The position numbers were made by a program, and so were the translations under genes. From Octopus bimaculoides (Eukaryota), in NCBI RefSeq assembly GCF_001194135.2, contig NC_068987.1, forward strand, positions 72,833,754 through 72,897,753: DNA of 64,000 nt, given 5' to 3'. Under the pieces are notes generated by a model. That model did no database searches. It had not been told where the DNA came from and saw only the letters and a program-made list of their open reading frames with translations. This document shows, one piece after another, positions 63,293-64,000 of this stretch (position 1 is its first letter; each line of letters starts with the position of its first letter).

Positions 63293-63438
63293 TGTTGTCA
63301 TAAGATTAAACAGTTTAGTGTCGGAGATGTAACCATCACCATCTGTGTCAAGACATTGGAATGCTTGAACAACATCATTTGTAGATGTTTGAGGTTCATC
63401 GGAGCATATCTTGCAGAAATCTTCAAAGCTCAAGGAAG
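63293..63438 (-). CDS. EFCAB7: EFCAB7 exon (EF-hand)
   Basis: tgttatAG|..|GTAAGT; 146 bp, phase 1 to 0. SLSFEDFCKICSDEPQTSTNDVVQAFQCLDTDGDGYISDTKLFNLMTT matches EFCAB7 LNFDDFC..F..LDVNDDG.I...LYKFLT. Confidence 0.9.
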
Positions 63439-63681
63439 CTATAACACAAAATAAATAAATAAATAAATCTTCACCACCACCACCACTGTCATCATCATCA
63501 TCATTGTTACATCATGTTGTATCTTGAGAGAGCTGTTAAGACAATAATAAACTGGTTTTATTTTACTTCTTTTCATTCTCATCATTTAACATCCATTTTC
63601 CATGCTGGCGTGGGCAGGACGGTTTAACAGGAGCTGGCAAATCGGAGGGTTTCCCTAGCTCCAGTTATAATAGTAGTAGTA

Positions 63682-63747
<66 letters not shown>

Positions 63748-64000
63748 GAGCACTCCGTCGGTTACGACGACAAGGGTCCCAGCTGATACGAGTAACGGAA
63801 TAGCTTGCTCGTGAAATTAATGTGCAAGTGACTGAGCAATCCACAGACACGTGTACCCCTAATGTAGTTCTCAGGGAAACTCAGTGTGACAAGGCTGGCC
63901 CTTTGAAATACAGGTACTACTCACTTTTGCCAGCTGAGTGGACTGAAGCAATGTGAAATAAAGTGTCTTGCTGAAGGACACAACGTGTCGCCAGGAATCG

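Noticed and set aside
1-64000. CRISPR array, rRNA or genuine tRNA genes
   Set aside because: None seen; the tRNA-like A/B boxes all belong to SINE heads, and the regular repeats lack unique spacers.

Overview
AT-rich, microsatellite-rich, gapped eukaryotic scaffold whose SINE/LINE repertoire strongly resembles an Octopus (coleoid cephalopod) genome; this assignment is an inference. Two convergent spliced genes can be reconstructed. On the + strand is a CABIT-domain (Themis/GAREM/Serrano-like) gene with exons 4751-5203 and 10309-11450; its 5' exon(s) were not found. On the - strand is EFCAB7, with 13 homology-supported coding exons between 23839 and 63438, one further phase-compatible candidate exon, and a 5' end outside the window. 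An intronless, disabled eEF1-gamma retrocopy lies just behind the CABIT stop codon. The rest is transposable-element debris: Penelope-like elements, R4/Dong-type LINE ends stacked in (TAA)n, RTE and CR1/L2 fragments, two Chapaev3-like transposons, DD37D mariners, an IR-DR Tc1, a solo LTR, a Gypsy gag remnant, MITEs and at least four SINE families. The most notable hidden structure is a ~1.2-kb Penelope-like remnant at 15691-16872. Its ~315-bp inverted terminal repeats each end in a type I hammerhead ribozyme motif, and the two copies point to an ancestral palindromic stem III of the dimer type. All homology calls are from recognising motifs by eye; no searches were run.
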